From Candidatus Uhrbacteria bacterium GW2011_GWE2_46_68 (GTDB taxonomy: Bacteria; Patescibacteriota; Patescibacteriia; UBA9934; GWF2-40-263): DNA of 64,000 nucleotides. The translations under genes were made by a program, and so were the position numbers. Of the stretch, positions 37,672 through 47,290 are shown piece after piece. Every line of letters starts with the position of its first letter. The stretch's first letter is position 1. Under the pieces are notes generated by a model. The model saw only the letters and a list, made by a program, of their open reading frames with translations, had not been told where the DNA came from and searched no databases. The stretch spans positions 2,562 to 66,561 of the forward strand of contig LCMS01000005.1 of the NCBI GenBank assembly GCA_001002765.1. The letters are read 5' to 3'.

Positions 37672-38448
37672 ATGAAAAAACGAACCTTGATTTCGTGGAA
37701 TGTGAATGGATTGCGGGCCGTGGAAAAGAAGGGATTTTTGGATTGGCTTGAAGAAGATAAACCAAACATCATCTGTTTACAGGAGACGAAAGCACATCCC
37801 GATCAGCTTCCCGAGCATTTAAGGGTCGTGCCTGGTTATCAATCTCATTTTTGTGCAGCAGAACGTAGGGGGTACAGCGGAGTGGCGATCTATTCCAAAG
37901 ATCAACCCGCAAGCATTGTGTGTGGTATGGGAGAGAAAAAGTTTGATGAGGAAGGGCGTGTGTTAGTGGCGGATTATGAAGATTTTGTTTTGTATAATAT
38001 TTATTTTCCAAACGGGGGATCAGGGGCAGAACGCTTGACGTTTAAGATGGAATTTTATGAATGGTTTTTGCGTAAGATGCGCGCGGAGATCAAAAAAGGA
38101 AAAAAGATTGTGGTGTGTGGGGATGTGAATACGGCTCATCGTGAGATTGATATTGCACGACCCAAAGAGAACACAAAGACATCTGGATTTTTATCCGAGG
38201 AGCGAGCGTGGGTGGATCGGTTTTTGGAAGCCGGGTTTGTGGATACATTTCGTCTTAAACATGCAGATCGTACAGGGCAATATACCTGGTGGGACATGAA
38301 GAGTCGTGCACGTGAGCGCAATATCGGTTGGCGCATTGATTATTTTTTTGTAAGCGAAAATCTGAAGCGTTATCTTCAAGATGCTTTTATTCTGCAAGAT
38401 GTCATGGGATCGGATCATTGTCCTGTGGGGATTATTCTTGGGAGTTAA
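37672..38448 (+). CDS. xth: Exodeoxyribonuclease III (AP endonuclease)
   Basis: 258 aa; SWNVNG, QETK, GDHCPV motifs of the EEP family. Confidence 0.9.
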   Translation: MKKRTLISWNVNGLRAVEKKGFLDWLEEDKPNIICLQETKAHPDQLPEHLRVVPGYQSHFCAAERRGYSGVAIYSKDQPASIVCGMGEKKFDEEGRVLVADYEDFVLYNIYFPNGGSGAERLTFKMEFYEWFLRKMRAEIKKGKKIVVCGDVNTAHREIDIARPKENTKTSGFLSEERAWVDRFLEAGFVDTFRLKHADRTGQYTWWDMKSRARERNIGWRIDYFFVSENLKRYLQDAFILQDVMGSDHCPVGIILGS

Positions 38449-38459
38449 AAATATTTTTT

Positions 38460-39539
38460 ATGACAAAGAAAATCATATGGGTCGGAATGGCACTTGTTTC
38501 TGTAGTAGGTGTTGTTGTAACTGCGAAGTTTTTCTGGCCACAAGAGGAAGACATTGTCATCATAGATCAAAGAGAAGTTTTGGATTTTCCCATCATTGAT
38601 ACACATGCGCATTTGTATTGGAATTCGCAAGACCAAGATGGGTATAGAAGTGCTTATGAGAAAGCGCGGGAAATGACGGAAGCACAGGGTGCGGTTTTTA
38701 CAATTTTGACACCCCATCCTTTCGCTGAGTTCATGAGAGGGGCTTATGATTTTGAAATGTTAGAAGAGGTTGGAGAAAATGAATTTGGTTTTTGTGGAGG
38801 AGGCGGAAGTTTAAATGTGATGATTGATGCGACAGATCCGGAAGAGGTCAATCAAGAAATTCTCGATCGTTTTGCACAAAGGGCTCATGAGATTGCACAA
38901 AGCGGAGCGTTGGCGTTTGGTGAGATGTCCGCGCTTCATCTTTCTTTGGGGGATACGCATATTTTTTCCGTTACTAATCCTGACCATTCTCTCTTTCTCT
39001 TGCTTTCAGATATTGCCGCAGAAGAGGGGATTCCCATTGATATTCATATGGAAGCGGTCGATGAGGATCAACCCACACCCGATGCTCTTTTAGAAGCTTC
39101 TTTGAAAAATCCTTCTAGCCTTGAAGAAAACATTTCGGCCTTTGAGCGTTTATTGGATCATAACAAAGAGGCGAATATTATTTGGGCACATGCGGGATGG
39201 GATCATACGGGGGATCGTACTGTGGATTTGATGGCGCGATTTTTTGCAGATCACCCCAATTTGTTCATGAGTTTGAAGATCGCGGAAGATAGCTTGGCAT
39301 CTATGCAGCCTCTTGATGAAGAGGGGATTTTGAAAGAAGAATGGAAAACGTTGTTTACAAATTATGCAGATCGGTTTGTCATTGGGAGTGATCAATTTTT
39401 TGGGAGCAAGCAGACACAGGACAAGTGGTCTTCCCTTGTTGCTTTGTTAGAACAGTTACCCCAAGACGTTGCCAAAAAGATCGCTTATCAAAATGCTCTC
39501 GTGTTGTTTTCTTTGGATGAGAGTGTGGTGGACGAGTGA
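38460..39539 (+). CDS. Membrane-anchored amidohydrolase-superfamily metal-dependent hydrolase (start at MTKKIIW; the ORF opens at 38418)
   Basis: IDTHAHL metal-binding motif; TIM-barrel hydrolase pattern; N-terminal TM anchor. Confidence 0.6.
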   Translation: MTKKIIWVGMALVSVVGVVVTAKFFWPQEEDIVIIDQREVLDFPIIDTHAHLYWNSQDQDGYRSAYEKAREMTEAQGAVFTILTPHPFAEFMRGAYDFEMLEEVGENEFGFCGGGGSLNVMIDATDPEEVNQEILDRFAQRAHEIAQSGALAFGEMSALHLSLGDTHIFSVTNPDHSLFLLLSDIAAEEGIPIDIHMEAVDEDQPTPDALLEASLKNPSSLEENISAFERLLDHNKEANIIWAHAGWDHTGDRTVDLMARFFADHPNLFMSLKIAEDSLASMQPLDEEGILKEEWKTLFTNYADRFVIGSDQFFGSKQTQDKWSSLVALLEQLPQDVAKKIAYQNALVLFSLDESVVDE

Positions 39540-39675
39540 GAATCAGCGGTTATAAAAATCACACATCGAACCCCGGGAATCGAGGTCGTGGGTTTTATCC
39601 AAAACAAAAGTCCCCCTTCGCCAAGGCTCCGGGGGACATCCCACATAGCTCCAGCTTTGCTGGAGCGACGTGGGA

Positions 39676-39752
39676 TGGTAGCTGGGGTGGGGATCGAACC
39701 CACGACCTCGGGCTTATGAGTCCCACGCTCTAGCCAACTGAGCTACCCAGCT
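39676..39752 (-). tRNA. tRNA-Met (anticodon CAT)
   Basis: Reverse complement gives AGCTGGG acceptor, D-arm GCTC/GAGC, loop CTCATAA, T-arm GTGGG-TTCGATC-CCCAC, CCA; the anticodon stem has one non-WC pair by my reading. Confidence 0.75.
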
Positions 39753-39867
39753 ATGTTTCTTGCGGCAAAATCGTAACATGACGATTCTCTTTTGACAAGC
39801 GTTTTATTGATGTTTTCCTAACAAAAAAGCACGTCCACAGGTGTGAAGCGTGCCCGTTAAAACACCC

Positions 39868-40422
39868 TTATTCTTTGAGGAGACGCGCGTGCATTTCCTC
39901 TATGACGGCGTCCGTGAACTGGAGACAAATATAGGTTCCCGTACCCATGCAAACAAGCAGACTCAAGAGCAAGACGATCACCAAGGCATAGAGACTTCGG
40001 ATCCCAAAGAGCATCCATATTTTTTTGTGATCAATCGGCATGACAGGAAAAGGCTTTGACCCCTCGAATCGGTGATCAGAGGTTTTGATACGCATAGGGA
40101 CCTCGGCATCAATGCGAATCATGCCAACAGATTTTTTGTTCCACAGGAGAGGGAAGGTGTGGATTCCTTCATTGAAGCCCGCATCCTTTGTCCTGATTTC
40201 AAATATCAGTTCTTCTTCGCGATTTTCTTCTTTTTTGAGAAAGAAATGTCGTACAAAGATATCGCGGTGCCGTTGGATCTCTAGGCACGAACTTGTATGT
40301 ACGTCTCCGTCTGTGATAATGATTTTGCACTGCCATATGCGTCCAGACGCGGTTCTCACATCCGTGATCGTGGTGGGGGAAAGTTCTGTAGTGTTCCCGT
40401 AAAGGTCCAGAAAAAAAGCCAT
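39868..40422 (-). CDS. Hypothetical protein with C-terminal TM segment
   Basis: ORF only; start chosen at MAFFLDLYG; no recognisable motif. Confidence 0.4.
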   Translation of the reverse strand: MAFFLDLYGNTTELSPTTITDVRTASGRIWQCKIIITDGDVHTSSCLEIQRHRDIFVRHFFLKKEENREEELIFEIRTKDAGFNEGIHTFPLLWNKKSVGMIRIDAEVPMRIKTSDHRFEGSKPFPVMPIDHKKIWMLFGIRSLYALVIVLLLSLLVCMGTGTYICLQFTDAVIEEMHARLLKE

Positions 40423-40580
40423 GACGTCTCCTATAAAGAGCAAAGGGAATAACACTGTAAGCAGGGGGAGAGGTAGACGTCAAGGTCACCTCCTCCTTGC
40501 TTTCTCTTTTTTCTTATGTTATTTTTGCCTTGTTCTTTCAACATTCTGGTGTTTTACGCCCATTTTCTCCGAGGTGACCC

Positions 40581-41135
40581 ATGCTCGCCGCTCTTCTTCG
40601 TGGAACCAAGCACCGCCTTTTTTCTCTCCTTCACATCCCCTATGTTCTTCTTGTCTTCGAGGAAGGATCAAACGTCGTCGTGTATGACATGGAGAAGGGG
40701 AAACAAGCTTTGCATATTTTTGTGAAAGAAGGTCGTTTGAGTGTGGAAGAGATGTTGGCTCTTGAGGTGCAAATGGAAAAGGAGGGGATTTTCGATCGCG
40801 TGGAAGACGTCCTTGAACAGGTGAAGCGATTCCCCGCGCAAAGAGATATCCCTTCTGATTTTTCCCTCAAACCCTGTGCCGACTGTTCTTCGGTGAAGCA
40901 TATGCATCTTGTGGATGATGAGGGAGATCAATGTTCACCGGAGATTCACACATTTGAAGAATGTTTTGAAGCGATCTGTCGATTGGTTCACGACAACAAG
41001 TTGCATATGTACGATGCTGTTTGCATTCTTCAGATCGCTGCCGCGCAAGTGGGGCATTCCCTCAAGATCACGAGTCGTGAACGTCTGGCACCGCGCAACG
41101 GAGGAGTGATAAACGGCGGACTCGCCGAAGGATAA
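40581..41135 (+). CDS. Hypothetical protein (184 aa)
   Basis: ORF only; no recognisable motif. Confidence 0.4.
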   Translation: MLAALLRGTKHRLFSLLHIPYVLLVFEEGSNVVVYDMEKGKQALHIFVKEGRLSVEEMLALEVQMEKEGIFDRVEDVLEQVKRFPAQRDIPSDFSLKPCADCSSVKHMHLVDDEGDQCSPEIHTFEECFEAICRLVHDNKLHMYDAVCILQIAAAQVGHSLKITSRERLAPRNGGVINGGLAEG

Positions 41136-41232
41136 GAGAGACAACGAAGCAGCCGCACGCACGGCTGTTTTTCTTTTTGTAATCTGGCACCTTAGCGTTG
41201 ATTTTGATAAACTAGAAGCAGCAAATTTTTTT

Positions 41233-41736
41233 ATGGAACCAACAACCACTTTTCGCGCCCATTCCTACGGAGACACGCTTCTTCATTGGGAGATTGATGA
41301 ATATCCTCGACACACACGTTCTCGGTTGTGGTTTATTTTGGTGATTGGGGTCGGAACGGCTTTGTTGTTGTATGCATTTTTGACAGCGAATCTGACGTTT
41401 GCTGTGGTGCTTCTTATGATTGGAATCATTATGTTGATTTCCGTCGTAAAGGAACCAAGCCGTTTGGATATCATCATTACTAATACTGGATTGATTGTCG
41501 GGGACACCTATTATGATTATCCTGCCATTAAAGATTTTTCCGTGGTGTATGATCCGCCTGATGTGAAGTATTTGTATGTGGATTTTCGTTCGACCTGGCA
41601 ACCGCTTGTCTCCATTCCTTTGGAGGATGTTGATCCCAATCAAGTCCGCGCACATTTGCTTCCGTACTGTGCCGAGAATTTGGAACGTATGGAAGAAGGA
41701 TTGACAGACGTGCTGCGTCGGATGTATAAACTGTAA
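41233..41736 (+). CDS. Hypothetical membrane protein (167 aa, 2 TM)
   Basis: Hydrophobic helices; no recognisable motif. Confidence 0.45.
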   Translation: MEPTTTFRAHSYGDTLLHWEIDEYPRHTRSRLWFILVIGVGTALLLYAFLTANLTFAVVLLMIGIIMLISVVKEPSRLDIIITNTGLIVGDTYYDYPAIKDFSVVYDPPDVKYLYVDFRSTWQPLVSIPLEDVDPNQVRAHLLPYCAENLERMEEGLTDVLRRMYKL

Positions 41737-41741
41737 GTCTT

Positions 41742-41818
41742 GCGCTCGTAGCTCAGTTGGATAGAGCATCAGCTTGCGGAGCTGAGGGTCGTAGGTTCAA
41801 GTCCTACCGAGCGCACCA
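41742..41818 (+). tRNA. tRNA-Arg (anticodon GCG by my reading of loop TTGCGGA)
   Basis: GCGCTCG acceptor, GTAGCTCAGTTGGATAGAGC D-arm typical of tRNA-Arg, T-arm GTAGG-TTCAAGT-CCTAC, CCA encoded. Confidence 0.75.
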
Positions 41819-41909
41819 TTCTTCAATATCCCATTGATGGCTGTACGAAGTTTGAGAGTTCCACCCCCACATCTCTGCCCCAAGCGGAGATTTTTGTTTT
41901 TAGATGCAA

Positions 41910-41969
41910 GGGGTCAGGTCTTTACTTTTTACCCGCTATCTCACCATTCAAGATTCAAGACCTGACCCC
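41910..41969 (+). repeat. 13-bp perfect inverted repeat GGGGTCAGGTCTT ... AAGACCTGACCCC with a 34-nt loop, 30 nt upstream of recG
   Basis: Seen directly. Confidence 0.5.
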
Positions 41970-42001
41970 GATTCAAAACCGCGGTATCATAGCGTCATAC
42001 T

Positions 42002-44056
42002 ATGGCCGCACATCTTTCAGATTCGATCGCTTCTTTGCCGGGGATCGGAACCCAAGGAGTTCGTATTCTTAAAACACTAGGGGTCGTGAGCCTGCGAGAT
42101 TTATTGTATTACGTGCCGTTTCGCTATGATGATTTTTCCACGATCAAATCCATTGCTTCTCTTCGAGTAGGGGACACAGTAACCGTAGAGGGGACGATCA
42201 AAACCATCAATTCTCGACGTTCGTGGAAACGGAAAAAACTTTCCTTGACCGAGGCTACGATCGAAGACGCCACAGGCACCCTTTCCGTTCTCTGGTTTAA
42301 TCAACCGTATTTGGAGGAAACGTTGAAGCCTAAAACAAAGGTGGCGCTTGCAGGAACGGTTGAATATCGACAAGGACTTATCCTTGTGAACCCTCTTCAC
42401 GAACCCGCGGGTCAGCATATTCATACGGGACGTATTGTTCCCATCTACGGACTCACCAAAGGTTTAGCTATGCGGCGTTTGCGCTCGGCCATGGAAAAAG
42501 CTTTGCCAGCTGCGCGAGAGTTTGTTGAATGGTTGCCGCGCGATGTACAGACATCGGAATCTCTTCCGGGGTTATCCGAAGCCATGAAAGCGATTCATTT
42601 TCCAGATACGCGAGATACTTTGGATGCGGCGGTCGCGCGGCTCAAATTTGACGAAGTTTTTCTTCATCAACTTTTATTTGCTGATGTGAGGAGAGAACGT
42701 CGGCGCCTTAAAGCAAAAGTTTTTTCTTTTGACCAAGTAAAGGCCAAAGATTTTCTCACGCGTTTACCGTTTACGCTTACACTCGGTCAGAAGAAAGCAG
42801 CCTGGGATATTTTGCGGGATCTTTCTCAAATACATCCCATGAATCGTTTGCTCGAAGGAGATGTGGGGTCAGGAAAAACCGTGGTGGCTGCCATGGCGAT
42901 TGCGCAGATTTTGGAAAAAAGAGGAAAGGTCGCCTATTTAGCACCTACGGAAATTTTGGCTTTGCAGCAACATACAACGCTTTGTCGACTTTTGGGCGAA
43001 GATCACGTGGGGCTTCTCACCCACGCCTATTGCCGATTGGGGACCGTCGATTTTAAAAGAGATGATTTTGAAAAGCAAATAAAAAAACAAAAAGGGTGTT
43101 GTGTGGTCGGGACTCATGCGCTTTTGGGAGATCGTCTTCCTCTTCCGTTTTTTGATTTGATTGTGATTGATGAACAACATCGCTTTGGTGTGGCACAACG
43201 CCACGCACTTTTGGAGCGTCAAAAAGATCATGCCCCCCATCTTCTTTCCATGACAGCAACACCGATTCCTCGTTCTCTTGCTCTCACGATTTACGGTGAT
43301 CTCGATGTCTCTTGTCTTACGGAGATGCCCAAAGGTCGCAAGCCTATTGCCACAGCGATTGTTTTGCAAGATCAACAAGAAGGCATGTGGAAACATCTTC
43401 GCGGACAAATCGAGAATGGGGAGAGGATATTTATTGTGTGTCCCCTCATAGATCCCTCCGATCGCCTTGGCGTTCAATCGGTAGAAGAAACATCGGTGCG
43501 TCTTAAAGCCGAAGTGTTTAAGGGGCTCCCCATAGATGTGCTTCACGGCAAAATGAAATTCGATGAAAAAGAAAAGGTTATGGAAGCGTTTCGTCAAGGG
43601 AAAGTTCAAGTGTTGATTGCGACAACGGTGGTGGAGGTTGGTGTGGATATTCCTGAAGCCACAGTCATGGTAGTTCTTGGAGCTGAGCGATTCGGACTCG
43701 CCCAACTTCATCAGTTGCGCGGGCGCGTGGGGCGCGGAGAAAAACAATCGTATTGTTATCTGCTCCCCGACACGCTATCCGACCGCAGTCGTGCGCGGCT
43801 GGAGGCCATGGTCAAAACGAATAATGGGTTTGAACTTGCACAAAAAGATTTGGAACTGCGCGGCCCGGGGGATTTGTTTGGAAGTCAACAATCAGGATTT
43901 CCCGATTATCAATTTGCAACTTCGGCCGACGAAGATTTGATGCAAAAAGCTCGGCACTGGGCCGAGCGTTTGATGGAAGAAGATCCCACTCTTTCTACAT
44001 ATCCTTTGATGCGCCAGAAGATGAAGGATGCGTTTGAGATCGTCCATTTGGAATAA
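42002..44056 (+). CDS. recG: ATP-dependent DNA helicase RecG
   Basis: 684 aa; wedge/OB N-terminus, helicase motifs GDVGSGKT, DEQHRFG, C-terminal TRG-like region. Confidence 0.92.
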   Translation: MAAHLSDSIASLPGIGTQGVRILKTLGVVSLRDLLYYVPFRYDDFSTIKSIASLRVGDTVTVEGTIKTINSRRSWKRKKLSLTEATIEDATGTLSVLWFNQPYLEETLKPKTKVALAGTVEYRQGLILVNPLHEPAGQHIHTGRIVPIYGLTKGLAMRRLRSAMEKALPAAREFVEWLPRDVQTSESLPGLSEAMKAIHFPDTRDTLDAAVARLKFDEVFLHQLLFADVRRERRRLKAKVFSFDQVKAKDFLTRLPFTLTLGQKKAAWDILRDLSQIHPMNRLLEGDVGSGKTVVAAMAIAQILEKRGKVAYLAPTEILALQQHTTLCRLLGEDHVGLLTHAYCRLGTVDFKRDDFEKQIKKQKGCCVVGTHALLGDRLPLPFFDLIVIDEQHRFGVAQRHALLERQKDHAPHLLSMTATPIPRSLALTIYGDLDVSCLTEMPKGRKPIATAIVLQDQQEGMWKHLRGQIENGERIFIVCPLIDPSDRLGVQSVEETSVRLKAEVFKGLPIDVLHGKMKFDEKEKVMEAFRQGKVQVLIATTVVEVGVDIPEATVMVVLGAERFGLAQLHQLRGRVGRGEKQSYCYLLPDTLSDRSRARLEAMVKTNNGFELAQKDLELRGPGDLFGSQQSGFPDYQFATSADEDLMQKARHWAERLMEEDPTLSTYPLMRQKMKDAFEIVHLE

Positions 44057-45365
44057 GTCCCACATGACCCACAGCTCGTATTTCTAAACCGGTTGCAGCC
44101 GGTTGTTTTTTATCAGGAATAACGGCATGAGTTATTCCAAGACGTCGCGCCTCCTCCAGGCGGCGATCCAAAAGAGGAATAGAGCGAACTTCTCCTCCGA
44201 GCCCCACTTCTCCCAAATAAACCGTTGGGTATGCATCTGTTTGATTGGTCGCTGCCTGTAAGATTGCGGTACATATGGCAAGATCTACGGCCGGTTCTTC
44301 CAACATCAATCCGCCGATTACATTCACAAACACATCTTGTTCCCCAAGTTTGAGTCCGGTGCGTTTTGCCAAAATGGCGCAAAGCATTTGCAGGCGATTG
44401 AGATCAAAACCCGATGCGCGTCGCGTGGGGTTTCCATACGCACAAGGAGACACAAGCGCTTGTACTTCGACCAAAAAAATTCTCGACCCTTCGACTGTAG
44501 CCGTAATGACTGATCCTGGAATCGCACGACGCTCTTCCAAGAATCGTGCGGAAGGATTTTCAACAACAATCAATCCTGTCTGTGTCATCTCAAAAATACC
44601 GACCTCATCCGTGCTGCCAAAGCGATTTTTTCGTGCACGCAAAATACGATACGCATGAACCGGATCGCCCTCGAGATACAAAACCGTATCTACAATATGC
44701 TCGAGCGTTTTTGGTCCTGCAACCGATCCGTCTTTGGTCACTTGTCCGACCAACAAGATAGGGATATTGGATCGTTTTGATGTTGCTAACAAGAGCGATG
44801 TGGCATAACGCACCAACGTAGGTGATCCGGCTTGTCCCTCGAGATCTTGAGAATCAAGAGTTTGTACCGAATCGACAATAACCAAAGCAGGATGTTCTTT
44901 TTCAATCGTGGCGACTAAAGTTTCTACGGGAAAGTTTTCAAGAAACTGTATGTGCTCAAGTGATTTACTGATTCGCGTAAATCTTGCCGCAAGCTGTGAG
45001 GCCGATTCCTCGCCCGAGATATAGAGCACGGTGGATTTTTGATGTGCAATGATTCCCGCAATCATAGCGACAAGAGTGGATTTGCCGATTCCCGGTTCGC
45101 CCGAGATAAGTGTCAGACTTCCTTTCACGATTCCTCCACCAAACACACGATCTAATTCTTGTATATCCGTACCAATGCGTTCATGTTCATTTTGCGAGGC
45201 AATATCAAACAAGCGCGTGCTGGCGTGCGCTTGGGCTTTGGAGGCAGATCGCTTTGGAAGGGAAGGGGATGCATCTTCCTCAATCACCGTTCCCCAAGAC
45301 CCGCACGTTCCGCATCGTCCGGCCCATTTGGGAGATTGTGCATCACAATGTGTGCAGTGGAACAT
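43995..45365 (-). CDS. radA: DNA repair protein RadA/Sms
   Basis: 456 aa; N-terminal C4 zinc finger (CxxC...CxxC), RecA-like GEPGIGKST, C-terminal Lon-protease-like domain; the 3' end overlaps the recG 3' end by about 60 nt. Confidence 0.92.
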   Translation of the reverse strand: MFHCTHCDAQSPKWAGRCGTCGSWGTVIEEDASPSLPKRSASKAQAHASTRLFDIASQNEHERIGTDIQELDRVFGGGIVKGSLTLISGEPGIGKSTLVAMIAGIIAHQKSTVLYISGEESASQLAARFTRISKSLEHIQFLENFPVETLVATIEKEHPALVIVDSVQTLDSQDLEGQAGSPTLVRYATSLLLATSKRSNIPILLVGQVTKDGSVAGPKTLEHIVDTVLYLEGDPVHAYRILRARKNRFGSTDEVGIFEMTQTGLIVVENPSARFLEERRAIPGSVITATVEGSRIFLVEVQALVSPCAYGNPTRRASGFDLNRLQMLCAILAKRTGLKLGEQDVFVNVIGGLMLEEPAVDLAICTAILQAATNQTDAYPTVYLGEVGLGGEVRSIPLLDRRLEEARRLGITHAVIPDKKQPAATGLEIRAVGHVGLIPNGRSQTHPSSSGASKDM

Positions 45366-45368
45366 AAT

Positions 45369-46658
45369 TTAGTGACAGGAGGAAGACATAGAGGGTTGTT
45401 CAAAATGCCAGGGTTCGCTTGCAAGGACACAGAATCCTTCCGCTTTCATAGCATCAATGAGCGCTTTTTGACAAGGATTTTCAAAACAATCTTCCAAATC
45501 TTTCAAACATTCTTTTTGAATAATACATTGGGTGACAACACCGTTATTAATTTCCGCACCCCACATATCCACAGCACTACCGGTTGTATGCGGACAATTT
45601 TTAGGATCCATATCTTTGAGAGGGCAAGCGCTCGGCGAACCTTCTTTAGCATTGCAAGTCGTAGACCCGGGAGGATTGATACAATATTTTTTAATGAGTT
45701 CTATTTGTTTTTCCACAGATCGGTATCCTGAAGTAAGAATCATGCCATACCCTTGCGATTGCAAATCTTTTGCCGCCTCCTCGATATTTTTTACCATAGG
45801 ATCGCAAACCTGTACGTTATTTCCATTTATATTGGATCCGGAAGGTATACCAAATGAGGTACAAGTTGTTCCTGAAACGCTTTCCTCGCTTTCTCCATAA
45901 GGCATAAGAGCATCGGCCGTAACTTCTTCTAATTCTAAGGCGCGAAAGAGGGTCAGTTCGGGATTCACCAGTTTGAGAAGAGACACGGCTCCAAAGAGAA
46001 GGGCAAGGCCCCAGACGACTTTGCGGATTCCACTGGTCGCATTTTTTGTGCGGCCACTTGATCCTGCCAAAAGATACATCACTCCGTGATACATAACGAC
46101 GATAATCGCCACCACGGTCATGGTTCCCAGAAAATAGTTATAGAGCATTTGGAGATAGTCACCCAAGTAAGTGATTTTAAGCACACCATTTTCCGAAAGA
46201 ATGGGAGAGAACTCAAAGTCCGGATCAAGTTGAACCACCAGCTCCGGCGCTACAAATTCATAAGTGGTGGTCGTCGTGGTGGTTGTCGCTGCCGCTTCCG
46301 GTGAATCATCCGGTCTTGGATAACGATCACAGATGGTTTCAGCATAACTCGCCCCACCCTCCGCATGAGAGCATCTGGTTGGATTGGAAGACCCTAGCGT
46401 ATCGGTGTATATACAGGATTTGAATATTTGGTCTCCAATGGTATGAGGATTCGAACAAGAGTCTTCGCAGTAAACAATAGAGGCTAAATTCGTTGGCCAG
46501 CAATATTGACTTTCAGTATCTGTCCCAATATCCGTCCAATACCAACAAAAACAATTATACGTATCTGCAAAAGCAGGAGGAGCCCAGAGAGAAAAACAAA
46601 CCGCAAACAAACAAGGGAGAATCAGTTTATGGATTGATTGCCAAAATTTCCTCCACAT
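45369..46658 (-). CDS. Secreted/membrane cell-wall peptidase: N-terminal signal peptide, Cys-rich domain, poly-Thr linker, TM helices, C-terminal peptidase M15 (VanY-like D,D-carboxypeptidase) domain
   Basis: SGYRS, HTTGSAVD, EPWHFE are the three M15 motifs; TTTTTTTT linker; start MWRKFWQ chosen (the ORF opens at 46730). Confidence 0.7.
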   Translation of the reverse strand: MWRKFWQSIHKLILPCLFAVCFSLWAPPAFADTYNCFCWYWTDIGTDTESQYCWPTNLASIVYCEDSCSNPHTIGDQIFKSCIYTDTLGSSNPTRCSHAEGGASYAETICDRYPRPDDSPEAAATTTTTTTTYEFVAPELVVQLDPDFEFSPILSENGVLKITYLGDYLQMLYNYFLGTMTVVAIIVVMYHGVMYLLAGSSGRTKNATSGIRKVVWGLALLFGAVSLLKLVNPELTLFRALELEEVTADALMPYGESEESVSGTTCTSFGIPSGSNINGNNVQVCDPMVKNIEEAAKDLQSQGYGMILTSGYRSVEKQIELIKKYCINPPGSTTCNAKEGSPSACPLKDMDPKNCPHTTGSAVDMWGAEINNGVVTQCIIQKECLKDLEDCFENPCQKALIDAMKAEGFCVLASEPWHFEQPSMSSSCH

Positions 46659-47289
46659 ACGATAAAAGTTGATCGGTCGAAAGCGCACCGGTGTAAGAAG
46701 TGTTGTTGATAAATAAGGTCGGCGAGGCAAGGAGATTCAATGCCTGGCCTTCCTCGTAGTCACGCTCCACAATCGGGAACGTGTCTTGGGTTTCCATACA
46801 AGAGGTAAAACGATCCACGTCCAATGAAACCGTATGTGCCACGGTCAAAAGATCATCAGCACTATCCAGGGTTGTTTGTTGCGCGAAAAGTGCATCAGCA
46901 TATTCCCAAAACTTTCCTTGACGATCCGCACAATGTGCAGCCACAGCCGCTTGAGTCGCCACAGAGGAAGCCTCGTATTGCGGCATATCTTTCCATACAA
47001 ACCGGATATCTTGCGGATAGGTTTTCATGACCGCTAAAACAGACTCGGCGAGTTGTTTACACGGATAACAGGTAAAATCCGCAAACATGATAAGAGTGAC
47101 CGTTGCTTCTACCGATCCCAAAGAAGGGTTGATAATCGTCACTGTCGGTTTTGTGAGAGTATTGCCATGCTCCTCCTGCTCTTGCAAATAGGCATCCAAA
47201 TCAAGCGGGCGAGATTGCACGTACAAAATCGAGAGCACGATTATCGTGAGCAAACCAAAGGTGGAAAACGCAAGCCATGTATGGGGCAT
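46627..47289 (-). CDS. DsbA-family thiol:disulfide oxidoreductase, membrane-anchored
   Basis: Thioredoxin-fold CYPC (CxxC) motif; N-terminal TM. Confidence 0.75.
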   Translation of the reverse strand: MPHTWLAFSTFGLLTIIVLSILYVQSRPLDLDAYLQEQEEHGNTLTKPTVTIINPSLGSVEATVTLIMFADFTCYPCKQLAESVLAVMKTYPQDIRFVWKDMPQYEASSVATQAAVAAHCADRQGKFWEYADALFAQQTTLDSADDLLTVAHTVSLDVDRFTSCMETQDTFPIVERDYEEGQALNLLASPTLFINNTSYTGALSTDQLLSYVEEILAINP

Positions 47290-47290
47290 A

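Noticed and set aside
39560-39605. tRNA-Met-proximal repeat as a genuine attL/attR of an integrated element
   Set aside because: The partial copy is inverted relative to the tRNA and only 14-20 nt long. No integrase or other mobile-element genes flank it within the window. Kept only as a low-interest finding.
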